Assembly (NCBI GenBank): GCA_030704615.1
Contig: CM060734.1
Span: forward strand, 44,330,001-44,394,000
DNA from: Takakia lepidozioides
Lineage: Eukaryota > Plantae > Bryophyta
Reading direction: 5' to 3'
DNA length: 64,000 nt
Under the pieces are notes generated by a model. The model did no database searches and was not told the origin of the DNA. It worked only from the letters and a program-made list of their open reading frames with translations. The stretch's first letter is position 1; each line of letters starts with the position of its first letter. Position numbers and translations under genes: made by a program. This document shows positions 12,640-32,099 of the stretch, in pieces.

Positions 12640-13760
12640 CGGACGGAAATTCGGCGCCATTTTTCCATTCTGGGAGGTTTTTACGACTTCCTTTGAGGGG
12701 GCCCCGATGGAAATTCGGCGCCGAATTTCCATCCGGGGGATGGTCTCTGTCGGAGAGGTGCCGGCCTCTCCGCCGCTCTGTTGGATATTCGGTGCCGAAT
12801 TTCCGTCCGGGGGTTGAAATATGACGGCCAGGTGCCGGCCTCTCGCCCCTCCCTGACTGCATTGGAACGGCCCCGGATGGAAATTCGGCGTCGTTTTTCC
12901 ATCTGGGGAGGTTTTTATGTCGGCCAGTTTTCGGCCTGACCCCCCGACACGACTTCCTTTGGGGGGGCCCGGATGGAAATTCGGCGCCGAATCTCCATAT
13001 AGGGGATGCTCTCTGTCGAACACGTGCCGGCCTCTACGCCCGAGGCGACTTTATCCGGGCGTCCCCTGTTGGATATTCGGTGCCGAATTTCCGTCCAGGG
13101 GTTGAAATGTGACGGCCAGGTGCCGGCCTCTCCCCCCTCCCTGATTGCATCCGAACCGCCCCGGATGGAAATTCGGCGCCGTTTTTCCATCTGGGGATGT
13201 TTTTATGCCGGCCAGTTTTCGGCCTGACCCCCCGACACGACTTCCTTTGGGGGGGCCCGGATGGAAATTCGGCGCCGAATGTCCATCCAGGGGATGTTCT
13301 CTGTCGCACACGCGCCGGCCTCTGCGCCCGAGGCGACTTCATTCGGGCTTCCCCTGTTGTATATTCGGTGCCGAATTTCCGTCCGGGGGTTGTAATGTGA
13401 GGGCCAGATTGCGACCTTTCCCCCGAGCCGACTGCATCCGAAAGGCCTCGGATGGAAATTCGGCGCCATTTTTCCATCCGCGGAGGTTTTTAGGTCGGCC
13501 AGTTTTCGGCCTGACCCCCCGACAGGACTTCCTTTGGGTGGATCCGAATGGAAATTCGGCGCTGAATTTCCATCCGGGGGATGTTTTCTGTCGGACAGGT
13601 GTCGGCATCTCTACCCCAGACGACTTCATCCGTGCGGCCCCTGTTGGGTATTGGGTGCCGAATTTCCATTCGGGGGTAGTAATGTGACGGCACGGTGCCG
13701 GCTTCTCCCCATCAGCCAACATCATCCGGACGGCCCCCCACTTTCTGACTGCATACCGTT
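12640..13760. repeat. Higher-order tandem array (~288 bp = 3 x ~96 bp) with the palindrome GATGGAAATTCGGCGCCGAATTTCCATC and variants
   Basis: Equivalent motifs recur at 12876/13163/13450, 12971/13259/13547 and 12783/13071/13360, spaced ~287-289 bp. Confidence 0.92.
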
Positions 13761-13973
13761 GGCAGTTATTGCGCAAAGACCAGGGGCCGCATTCCGGAGA
13801 CAAGGTTCATTAACACTCTGACTCTGGATTTTTGAGATAGTTGGCTCCCTGGATTTGGATCAGGCTTCGTCGCTCGGACAAATCGGCACCGCATTCCTTC
13901 CCATCGCTGCATCCCCCTTCTACCAGGGAGCTTCCCCGCACGCCATCCTGGCAGTCTTGTGAGCACATCTCCC

Positions 13974-15055
13974 ATGGCGGAAAACCCGAGCGCTACAGTG
14001 TACTGCCCTCCTCACGAGCATAGAGCTTCATTTCCGTGCAGAGGGGACATCTGTCGGGTGATGGAGAAATATCTGTGCGTTCGATACCACCTGAAACCGG
14101 GGTCGGTTTTTTTGGAGGAAATGAAGGACTCAAACGGCCTTGTTGTCGAGAGTATTGTTGTGCTCCACGATGATTTCGGCGATGGCAGGGAATGGCGAGT
14201 TCCACCATCGGACAACGTCATATACAGGGCTGTTGGGGACTTCATTTGCCCGCCAAATGCACCTTCTATCCTGGCGCCTTCCACGAAACAATCCGTGAAT
14301 CAGAGAGTGGCTACCTCAAAGAGAGAAGTCCGCAACGAAGTAAATCCAGAGCTGAACCCATCCATGAAGACGAGCGAGAACCGGGTTGTTCACAACCTGT
14401 CCGACTCAGACGAGGTCATGGAAGTTCCGAGGTCGTCCTGGAGATCAGGCAAGTCCTCAATGGATGTCAGTGGAGGAATGAGTCATATTCCCAGCACGAG
14501 CACCGCAGTTCGATCTATTTTTGAAATTCTGCGAGGGCTTCACCTAGAGGGACACCGGTCGGAGCTGGCCGGGCTGGACTACAGCAAGTTCGCAATTAAA
14601 TCGGTTACATGTCTTCCCGTCGACGTCGACGGTAATATCTTCTTTGAGTTCCCTCCTCGGGCGGACTACTCGAGGGCGTCTGAAATGTTGACAGATATGG
14701 ATAGAAAATATGACGGTCATCCTTGGTGCGTTACCAAAACCACCAGCATGAAGATGCTCGATGGTGTGCGGGTGCGCTACGTTGTTTGTGCGGGCGCGTT
14801 GCGGTGTTTCTCCCCAACTTGCTTCCACTTTAAATCCAGAGGTCACAGGAACGAGACCGATTGGACAGGCACAGCTCATCAACCATTTCGAGCTCAGGAG
14901 AAGGTTCCGAACTCCACATTTAAGTGTGCGCATTGCAAATAACCACCACACTGCATGTCTGTTTGTAATGCCAAGCAGTTCTATGTGTTGCACCGTTTCC
15001 CTGACCTCACCCGAGCTTGCATACACGTTGGTTCCCATTGTCACAAATTGGCGAG
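13974..15055 (+). pseudogene. Truncated transposase-like gene with a GCM/WRKY-type zinc domain (Mutator-like element)
   Basis: ORF contains DRKYDGHPWC..., VRYVVCAGALRC, C..HF, NETDW and FKCAHCK*, then continues in frame as PPHCMSVCNAKQFYV...TRACIHVGSHCH. There is an in-frame stop at 14940. No DDE core follows; the sequence runs into repeat motifs and a TIR. Confidence 0.65.
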
Positions 15056-15792
15056 GGGGAACAAAAATGGCGCCGAATTACCTGTCATGAGGGGACCTAT
15101 AGCCGCGGAATTCGGCACCATTTTTCGCCAGAGAGACCTATTACCGCGAAATACGTCGCCGTTTTTTCAGGTTACGGACCCTATTACCGCGAAATTCGGC
15201 GCCATATTTGCACATGTCGCTGGGAATTGGCATGAGCGGAAGACGAAATATCATGAGCACAACTGTCAAAACTACAATTTTCCCTTCAAGGGGCCGAATA
15301 ATATATTTGTTTTTTCTGACACATTGCTTTAAATTAATGTTTTTTATTGTTTTTTTATTTTCGAAATTTGTACTTCTGCTCATGAAAACCGATTGTCTTA
15401 CTACTCCGCTCATGCCGCTCATGCTCATGAAATAGCTAACCTCCAATAGACGTGTCATTCAAAGTCCTGCCATGATCCATCACCCACATATAAGAGGTGC
15501 CATGAACGGCATGGAACACGCAAGTGAGATTTCTGGTGTACACACTTTCAGTGTATGTACGATAACATCAGGTTAAATCCTTCCTCATTCAAATCACCTC
15601 AAAAATCCAAATGACCATAAACTGTAGGATGGTTAAAACAAAGTTCTTAATGCATCGATCGAGCCAATCTCACGTGCATCATCTGAAACTGATGTCCAAC
15701 AGCAGCAAATTGCAAAGCAAAGTATCACCTCTAAATATGGTACCTAAGTTCAATCTGTTTTGTGGTGAAATAAATGTGGTAGGGAGTCTTAC

Positions 15793-16275
15793 AGGCCAAC
15801 GATGTACAAATCCAGGTCGCTACTATTTACCCTTGGTGTTCTTAGGCATATTACCCCTCGCCAACCATTATCCCAGCAAGGCAGAGGATGTGCAGCACTA
15901 CCCCACCCTGCCAGGTTAGTAGCGATGTTGGGAGTCGCATTCCATGCTGCCAGAATGGCATATATCACAGTCACTGTACAGTACACTGACAAGTCATGAT
16001 AGTATCTTCAACATCCATTGTACCATAGAGACCCCCAAGATGTAAAAGACCCCAGTGAACTCAAGACCTACACGGAAGAGTAATCCTCCTGGACAAAATC
16101 CTATAGCTTATATCAAATCCTCAGATGTTTAACAAACTCTTCGACTATCCTAAGAACTTCGATATTAGTTGTGAATCTTACTTTCCTCTGGTGGGTAAAA
16201 TACTGTCAGACAGAGGCCACCACTGAATGACAGCAAGACTAGTGAAAAAGCAACCTGCAGCTTGAGGATACTCAT
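15793..16275 (-). pseudogene. Exons 1-2 (signal peptide and LRR N-terminal cap) of the LRR-RLK gene, inverted
   Basis: Exon 1, 16275-16182: MSILKLQVAFSLVLLSFSGGLCLTVFYPPEE|gtaag. Exon 2, 15973-15793: ...LAAWNATPNIATNLAGWGSAAHPLPCWDNGWRGVICL...IVGL|gtaag, matching the W-x-PC-x-W-GV-C cap motif. Confidence 0.85.
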
Positions 16276-16780
16276 TGCAGTTGTGTGAGCGGGTCTTGAG
16301 ATCTGACAGTGGATAGAGCTTCGAGAGGCTGCCAAGGCCTTCAGCTCGCAGACGCCACATAGAGTTTGGAAGGGGCAGCACAACATTCAACGACTTCTTC
16401 GCTCAATGGAATAGCAAAAAGGCTAAGCTAGTGCGAGGTCCGGGCTGCTCCTCCTCCTCCAATAGGAGGCGAGAATTCGTGAGGAGGTCCGGAGAGTGAT
16501 GGGTAGGTCTAGAAGGTGGTACGTCCAGCAGTCCCTAGGTCAGGGAGTCCACATACCCCGGCTCACTACACCCCTGCACATTGGGCCGCCCGATATTATA
16601 CACCGTATTTTATTCTTGTACGCTCGTATATACATCAATATTTCATCCATGAAATCCAATTCATCCCTGGCCCGGGGTTCTTAGAGCCCGGGGTTTCTAG
16701 GGCCCGGGGTTTTGGGCCCGGGGTTTTAGAGCCTGGCACCGGCCTTCCTGGCGTGGCCTCTTGGGACTAGGTAGCATTCG

Positions 16781-16886
16781 AGAGGAGCCCCTGCTACCGG
16801 ATATAGCAGGGAGCCAGGACCTACCGAGCCGCGTTAGCGGCGAGATGTCATGGCGACCTGCTATATCCGGTAGCAGGGGCTCCTCT
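16781..16886. repeat. Perfect 30-bp inverted repeat with a 46-nt loop
   Basis: agaggagcccctgctaccggatatagcagg (16781-16810) and its exact reverse complement (16857-16886). Confidence 0.95.
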
Positions 16887-18124
16887 TGAGCGCTACCGGA
16901 CATAACCGGTTTTTAGGGCAGCGAGCCAATCATTTTAGGGCAGCGAGCCAGTCAGTTTACCCTTGTACGTACCTACCACCACGTTTTCTATCCATTTGGA
17001 GCTGTGATACGAAGTTTTCATCCCCCGCAGCAGGTAGGTAGGTAGTTAAAATCTAGTAGGTCGTAGAATACCACATATAGCACCCTCCTCAAATCCAGTA
17101 GAAACACGCCATGTCAGCGAGCCTGCTCTAAAAATCGGTTATGTACTTCCGTTAGGGTTTGTGCTAAAGCTTATGTTATCAGTTGACATAACTTGTCAAG
17201 CTTCAGCCCACATGTTGTAATCTTCTCTTTGTTCTGCATAGCCAGATCTGTTCTCCTTCTACCTGGATGTCTACAGCAAGGCCTCCAAGAGTTGGAATGG
17301 AGATAGTTGTCTGTATTAGTTGGAATTCTTTGTTGCTGGAGCTCACTCATCTCACATTTCTGATTGGTCTTGCATCTTTATCTTTCTTTGACATGGATAT
17401 TCTTTATAAGCCTTTTTCATTCAGAAGAGTATTGAAGCTCCAACAGATCTCCCTTCCTCCTTCCCATGTTACATTGATCAAGTCTGTAGGTTTCACACAA
17501 GGCCCATGGCTAAGATCTGCTGAAGACCCTTCTGAACACCGAGTGAAAGATGAAATTCGAGACCCAAAAGAAGGTTCACAAAGGCTGAAATCGGTTGGGC
17601 AGGAAACAAACTCTGGATACCTGTTTGCAAATATCAACGCTGCATTAATACGAGCACCTTTTTCTTGTTCTGACATTGCTTGTCTTATCTTACATCCGCT
17701 CAGTTCCTGTTTCCACCTTCCCAAGGTAGGAGAAACATTTGAACTTTTTTTTTGCTACACAGTGAGGCATCACATAGGGGTGACATGAATTATCCAGTGC
17801 AAGCTGGAGTGGTTGCACGAGTGCTGACATGCACCTTACAGGTATATGATGCCAATCTTGCTTAGTTCTTGTGGCTATGTCTCACGCAAATGTGGGTAAT
17901 CTGAACTACAGCTTTACAGAGCATAGCAAATTGTCTTCTTTGGACGAAGGAAAATGATGTAAAGTGTGAACCTAACAATTAATACCGTGATGCCCTGGCA
18001 TTCCATGCTATGTTAGCCCTACCTCCCTTAGCCTTTGTTGTGTATACCTAACCAAACAACGACAAATAGAAATCCCACAGAGAGCGAGACAAAGAGAAAG
18101 ATGTACTCATACTCATTACATTGG

Positions 18125-19626
18125 CTAGACAAGACTGGAAAAATGGCGCCGAATTTCCGATTTTGGTGCCGCTCATATCTGGGACTTAGCCATTTTTGGC
18201 CCCGAACTGGAAAAATGGCGCCGAAAAAAAAAACAAAAAAAAAAAAAAAACGCCATTTTTCCAATTCGGGGCCGAAAACGGCTAAGTCCCACATCTGACT
18301 GGCACCAAAATCGGAAATTCGGCGCCATTTTTCCAGTTCTGGGCCCAGTCAGATCTGGGACTTAGCCGTTCTCGGCCCCGAACTGGAAAAATGGCGTTTT
18401 TTTTTTTTTTTTTTTTTTTTTTTCGCCAGTTCGCGCCATGGCGCCATTTTTCCAGTTTAGGGCCCCGAAAATGGCTAAGTCCCTAGGATGGCTGGAACCG
18501 CAACTGGAAATTCGGCACCATTTTTCCAGTTCCGTGCCCTATCAGATCTGGGACTTAGCCATTTTTCCAGTTCGGGGCCGAAAATGGCTGTCCTTAGGGT
18601 GGCTGGCACCAAAATCGGAAATTCGGCGCCATTTTTCCAGTTCCGGGCCCAGTCAGATCTAGGACTTAGCCATTTTCGGCCCCGAACTGGAAAAATGGCA
18701 CCGAAAAAAAAAAAACATGCCATTTTTTCAGTTCGGGGCCGAAAACGGCTTAGTCCCAGATCTGACTGGCACCAAAATCGGAAATTTGGCGCCATTTTTC
18801 CAGTTCTGGGCCCAGTCAGATCTGGGACTTAGCCATTTTCGGCCCCGAACTGGAAAAATGGCGTTTTTTTTTTTTTTTTTTTTTTTTTTTTCGTGGCGTT
18901 TTTATTTCATTGAAAGACCGTTTCTGCTTCTGCTGGTATTGACATTCTTCAAGTGGATTTGTTCTTACTGTAGGAGGGACGTCTACACCACAGTTCATGG
19001 GCAGGAGGAACGTGCATTTTTTTTGCCAGGGGGGATTTCATGCCTAGTCCAGAAAGGGACTACATCCTTCCTACTTATGTTGCCCGGCTTGCTTCGGTGT
19101 CCATTAGGAGGTGTTCCGAACCTAGTCGTGTACAGCAGATTTTAGACGAGGCAAGCCTCAAGAAAATGAAGATGAGGGAGGAGGCAACAGCTATTAGAGC
19201 CCGTCAGGCTCGTAGATTTGTCTTGGATTCAGCTGAGGAAAGTGGGGGAGAAGATGCAGAAGATTCCCAGGAGGTGAGGTGGACAGTCCCCCAAGATGAC
19301 GGGATTTTTGAGATGCATAGTGGAACTGATGCATCACAGAGTTTGGAGGATGAGGGGGATGAGGAAGAAGGTGGGGCAAGTTCCTCGGAGGGTGTAGGAG
19401 AGTAGTGCCCATGCCGGCTATGACAGTTAGAACACACTTGTATAGACGTGGCTTGCCACAAAATTTGCAATAAAATGTTGCATTTCAAGTCCACTGGTGC
19501 CACATTCCAACTTCACATGACCCTATTTCCGTGCCTCCTAACCCTATTTCCGTGGACTCACAATGGTCTACTCATGTTTTTTTTTTTTTCGCTCATGCTC
19601 ATGCCGCTCATGAAATAGCAGCCCCC
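18125..19626 (+). mobile_element. Mutator-like DNA transposon segment B with a repeat array (18134-18870); terminus at 19626
   Basis: Array of GGAAATTCGGCGCCATTTTTCCAG / CTGGAAAAATGGCGCC motifs shared with segment A. Terminus ...GCTCATGAAATAGCAGCCCCC is followed by CGTCTATTG. Confidence 0.7.
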
Positions 19627-19823
19627 CGTCTATTGTAGGTACTTTACCGAAGGAAATTGGAAACCTTACCTATCTGACGTCCTTGTGAGTTCAGTAGAAC
19701 GAATTCATGTTACTTTCGATTTCCGTATCTTATTTACTCACCAGTTGTCAGTAACTATTATTTCAAATTTATGGTTTCAAGTTTCTCAGCTGGCAACATT
19801 GTCACATGTGGATATTTTTGCAG

Positions 19824-28058
<8,235 letters not shown>

Positions 28059-31000
28059 TGAGACGTACAAAAAGAATGATAGATTTCAATTCAATCTAGA
28101 ATTGAGCCCAATGAGAGCTCACTATACAATAGCTGGAACATAAAAGCAAAATAGTACTAGCTAGAAAAAAACAAGAAAAATTGTATGGATAGGAGGGAGA
28201 AATTGCTCTACATGAATCCTACAATGTCCCGTATAAATGTTCAATAGTGTGCAAGGGCACGTAGTTTTAGAAGTTAATGACACCTGGAATAGGCCTCTTG
28301 AAAACCAATCCCACATGAAAGAGTCTATGAGTCAAAGGTAAGTAGCGAGAGAAACAAGGGAGGAGCCAAAAATGCAAAAGAGACAAGCAAGATAGGGTTT
28401 TTCCCTCAAGACAGTGATGAAATCGCGATTTATCATCAAGGACGACTGGATGAATTATGCAAATTTTCATCAATAAATGAATGGCTGGCAGTGTGGATGT
28501 AAACAAGGGTGGAATCAATATTTTACATCCGAAGGTGGATAATGGGTTAGCAGGATGACGAAGGGATGAAATAGCCAGGGAACGTTGATTTCTCATCCTC
28601 AAGGATGAAATTGCAGACGTAAGACAAACTGCTCAGCGATGCTTTAGCGAGAAGTGTGGCCACCACAATAATAGCTACGTGGCATAAATTGTAAAGGGTG
28701 GACATAAGGATGGACACATCGCCCTTGTGTATATTTAGAAACCATCAGGCTAGTGGCGTAGAGGGAAATAATACTCGGTGGCCGCTAAAACTTTAAGCCT
28801 AAGAGCATCCCCACTCTACGCCTGTATTGATGCTTGCACCCGTACTTCTCGTATATAGGTTCAAATTAGGCGGAGAAACGTACCACACCCTTGCCCCCCT
28901 ACCGTATAGGCCGTTCAGGGCGGGCACTGAACCGCCTCTCTTTCACTGAATCTGTGCATGATATTCAGTCTCCTGAACCCGCTCCTGAACCAAATAGACC
29001 CGACCAGGGATGTGTCAGAGCACACCTCCCACTCGTTTCCAATCCAGCTGTTGTGCGTCGGGAGTGAAGACAGGCGGTGGGTCCCGAACGTGATTTGAGA
29101 ACATCGTCTGCAAGGCGGGAACATTGGATGCAGGGGCATAACGAGGGGTAAGGGTGTGTGTAGATGCATATATTGGTATAACTTTCTTTTTAGATCGTTT
29201 TTTATCATAAGATAAGCGGTTTCGGCATTGTACTACCAAAAACAGGATAGTTTGTTAGTTATCTGGAAATCGTTGGTAAAGCACCTAGGAAATTAGACAG
29301 TGTTTGCGACGACCATGGAGAGAAACTTTGGCGTCAAGATGACCGTATGAAGCTGCATTGACAGCAGATTAGGCTGCCAATTCGGTACCAGAAACAACGA
29401 GGTAATCATGTTCAAACAATATAAGACGACTATTCCAGTCCCATATTGCAATCTCTCTATTCTCCCGCCTTTTCAAGTCCAGTAGGAACACACGGCGAGG
29501 AGCTTGGCAATGGAAGAAACAACATGTACAACGACGAAACAATGCAACAAAGCGAAAGGCTGCATTGGAACGACAGCAGGTCAGGACGACTTCAAACGGC
29601 GAAGCGTGGACTTGTTAGCGGTGCGGGACAACTGGAGGGGACTCCGAACAACCTATGACTCAGTGGCAGGGTCAAAGAACCCCAGAGCCACCACCAGGGA
29701 TTTAATTTCCAAATACAACAAAATCTTTATGTAGCAAAATTACGACGAATGACGAAAGGATCAACTTTTTTTTTTACCACCGATGGACTGAGAATTTACG
29801 GGCTGATACGGGATATATAATTGTAGTTTGTCACCAAGTTTGGTGATTTATGGAGCAGATTAGCAACGGCACCAAATTATTGAGTCGACGACACTCACGG
29901 GAGCCGATTATTTGAGTTTTTACTTCATGGATGGATGAAAAAATCCTAAATTCGCCCTGAGGAGCTGGATGGATGAAATGACAACTCGTGCCAACTGGTC
30001 ATCCATAAGGATGGATGAAAAGCCAACTTTCATTGGCCTCTAAGACTTTTCTTCCATGTTGAATATTAAACTATAGATCCTTCAAGAATACAATAGTTTA
30101 ATGAATATTTCTCATTAGTTTATTAAGCCCAAAACCAGTATAAAGGAAGAGCAAGGCTCGCCTTGCTCTTCACCTAGTTCCATTGCATAGTTTTCCTCTT
30201 GCTTCATATGTTGTTGCTTTGTTAGAATTGCTTGAGGAGGCCTAGGTCCTAGGGAGTGGAGCTTGAAGCTCCTTAGTATAGGAGAATTGTTAGAGGACTA
30301 AGGCAAGAAGCCTAGTTCATTGTGGTCTCGAGGCCTTGTTGAATTTGAGCAAGAAGGTTGTGCAATTCCGTGTAGAGAGGGAGACCTGGAGATGAGTAGG
30401 AAAGGCCAGTTGGACCTAGTGACGAGTACCGCATCAGGACCGCAAAGAGTACCATTCACGAGTCGTTAGAGCATCACATGCACCGCGCACATTGGAAGGT
30501 TGACACATTTCCTTACTTATCATTTATACACTTGAAGTGTGATTTCTTTTCCAAGCCTTGACTTGAAGTTTGAAAATAGATTGACAAAATAGCCCTCTTG
30601 AAGAGGTGATGTTCACTATGAGTTTGCTATGATTTAAGTTCACATTTGATGTGGGAAAAACCCCAGGACATGATTTGCCAAAAGGCTTTGGCACCATTGG
30701 AAGTGGAAAGAAGCATTGGGTACTTGTTTATTTCTATTTATTGACGAAAAGGAGTTGATATATAGCTCTGAGAAGTTCTAACCAGAAGCTAGACTACCTA
30801 TTGAAAGGCCTAGGAAGGCCGATAACCTTCTCTAGTTACCCCACTAAGGGACCTTGAATACAAGGAAAGGGGGGGAAAGATTTGTATTTTTTTAATTGGG
30901 CCCTGGTTTTTTGGAGTGTAGGAGCTGCCCACGGGTCGCCAGCTGTGCGGGAAAGCCCCGACTGGTGCGCCCGGGAGCCAGGGACCCAACAGAGGAAACG

Positions 31001-32099
31001 CGGGAGCCAGCCGCGGCCCCACGCCTCAGCGCCGAGAAGGCGGGGCGCTGACCCTAGTCGTACGTACACAAAAGGACGGCCTGCGTGGCCAGCACGCGGG
31101 GCGAAAACAGCCGCGTGCCAAATTCAAGTTATTAACCGTTGGGCAAAGTTCCGGCCCGCGGACCGGTGGTCACCGCCTTTATCCGCAGCGGCCCGCGCTA
31201 TTGTCCGGCCCGCGAGGCCCGGCGCCCCGCCACGTGGCGGGGGCTTCTTTGACCCGCGGTTACAGCGGATGGCATTTGTTTAAGGGGGGTATTCTGGACC
31301 CTCAACTATTTCTTTTTCTGTTGAGCCCTCTAAAAGGGAAGGGGGCTGGTTCGGGTGATCTATTTGGGAGGTATTTTTCTGGAATATTGTTTTTTTTAAA
31401 TCATTTCTTGCTATTTTGGTGGAGGGAAATTCCTCAATTAGGATTGCCACACTTGTTTGAACTTTTTTGGAATAGGAACACTTGAGAGGTGTAGTTGGAA
31501 ATTTATTGAACTTTTTCACCTCATCCGTTTGACATTACTTGGTGACTCTTGTCCCTTGAAGTTAAGAGAGAACTTGGCGGGGGGAAGAGGATTGGTCCCT
31601 TCCCAAGGGTGACTTGAACTCAAACACTCGGGGAAGAAGGGGTAGTGGGAGAAGGAAGTGAGGTCCTCTCCTCCCTAGGTTCGGAAGGTGCTTTGTGAAA
31701 GGATGAGGTGATATCCCGGCTATAAGCGGCTCGTGGACCTAGGCAGTAGGATGTCGTAATAAACAAAGACTTGGAAGGCAGTTACTTGATAGAACGTAGA
31801 AATCCCGTAGGACTTTGAAAACGCAAACTTGCCCTGTGAAATAGTTAAACCCTGCTTTGTCGGTAGAAATTTAGAAATCATTGATCACCCCCAGTAACAT
31901 TCCATGGACCCCCTGCACTAACCGCAGCCGGGTAGGCGGTTCATCGAGCCCAACCTACACCTCAACTTACCTCGAGCCCCTTAGGCTAGTATGCCGTCAC
32001 CTTGGCCGCGCGCGACCAGGGCTCGTCACTGTGCAGGCTACGGGTAGCTGACCCCTTCACACACCTTTCAAGAGTCCTGAACCAACTCCTTCACAATAG

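Larger units (their letters stand above)
11700..15443 (+). mobile_element. Mutator-like DNA transposon segment A (left boundary uncertain; terminus at 15443)
   Basis: Terminus ...GCTCATGAAATAGCTAACCTC is followed by the 9-mer CAATAGACG. Subterminal GCTCAT/ATGAGC motifs, palindrome arrays and a transposase remnant lie inside. Confidence 0.7.

Noticed and set aside
11712-13760. CRISPR-like array of ~30-bp palindromic repeats
   Set aside because: The sequences between palindromes are themselves repeated rather than unique spacers, there are no cas genes, and the context is a plant nuclear TE.
11650-13821. Many overlapping ORFs (MEIRRRISI…, GWKFGAEFPS…)
   Set aside because: These are translation artefacts of GC-rich palindromic repeats, appearing in all frames on both strands.
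18028-19145. ORFs in the second repeat array
   Set aside because: They are repeat and homopolymer artefacts.
29955-29985. Hammerhead-ribozyme-like CTGAGGA…GAAA
   Set aside because: No stem II can form between the motifs; it is part of a GGATGAAA repeat.
30050-32060. LTR-like region upstream of the gypsy element, including a hairpin at 30146-30171 and a GC-rich patch
   Set aside because: It is likely retroelement-derived, but there is no second LTR or coding motif to set boundaries.
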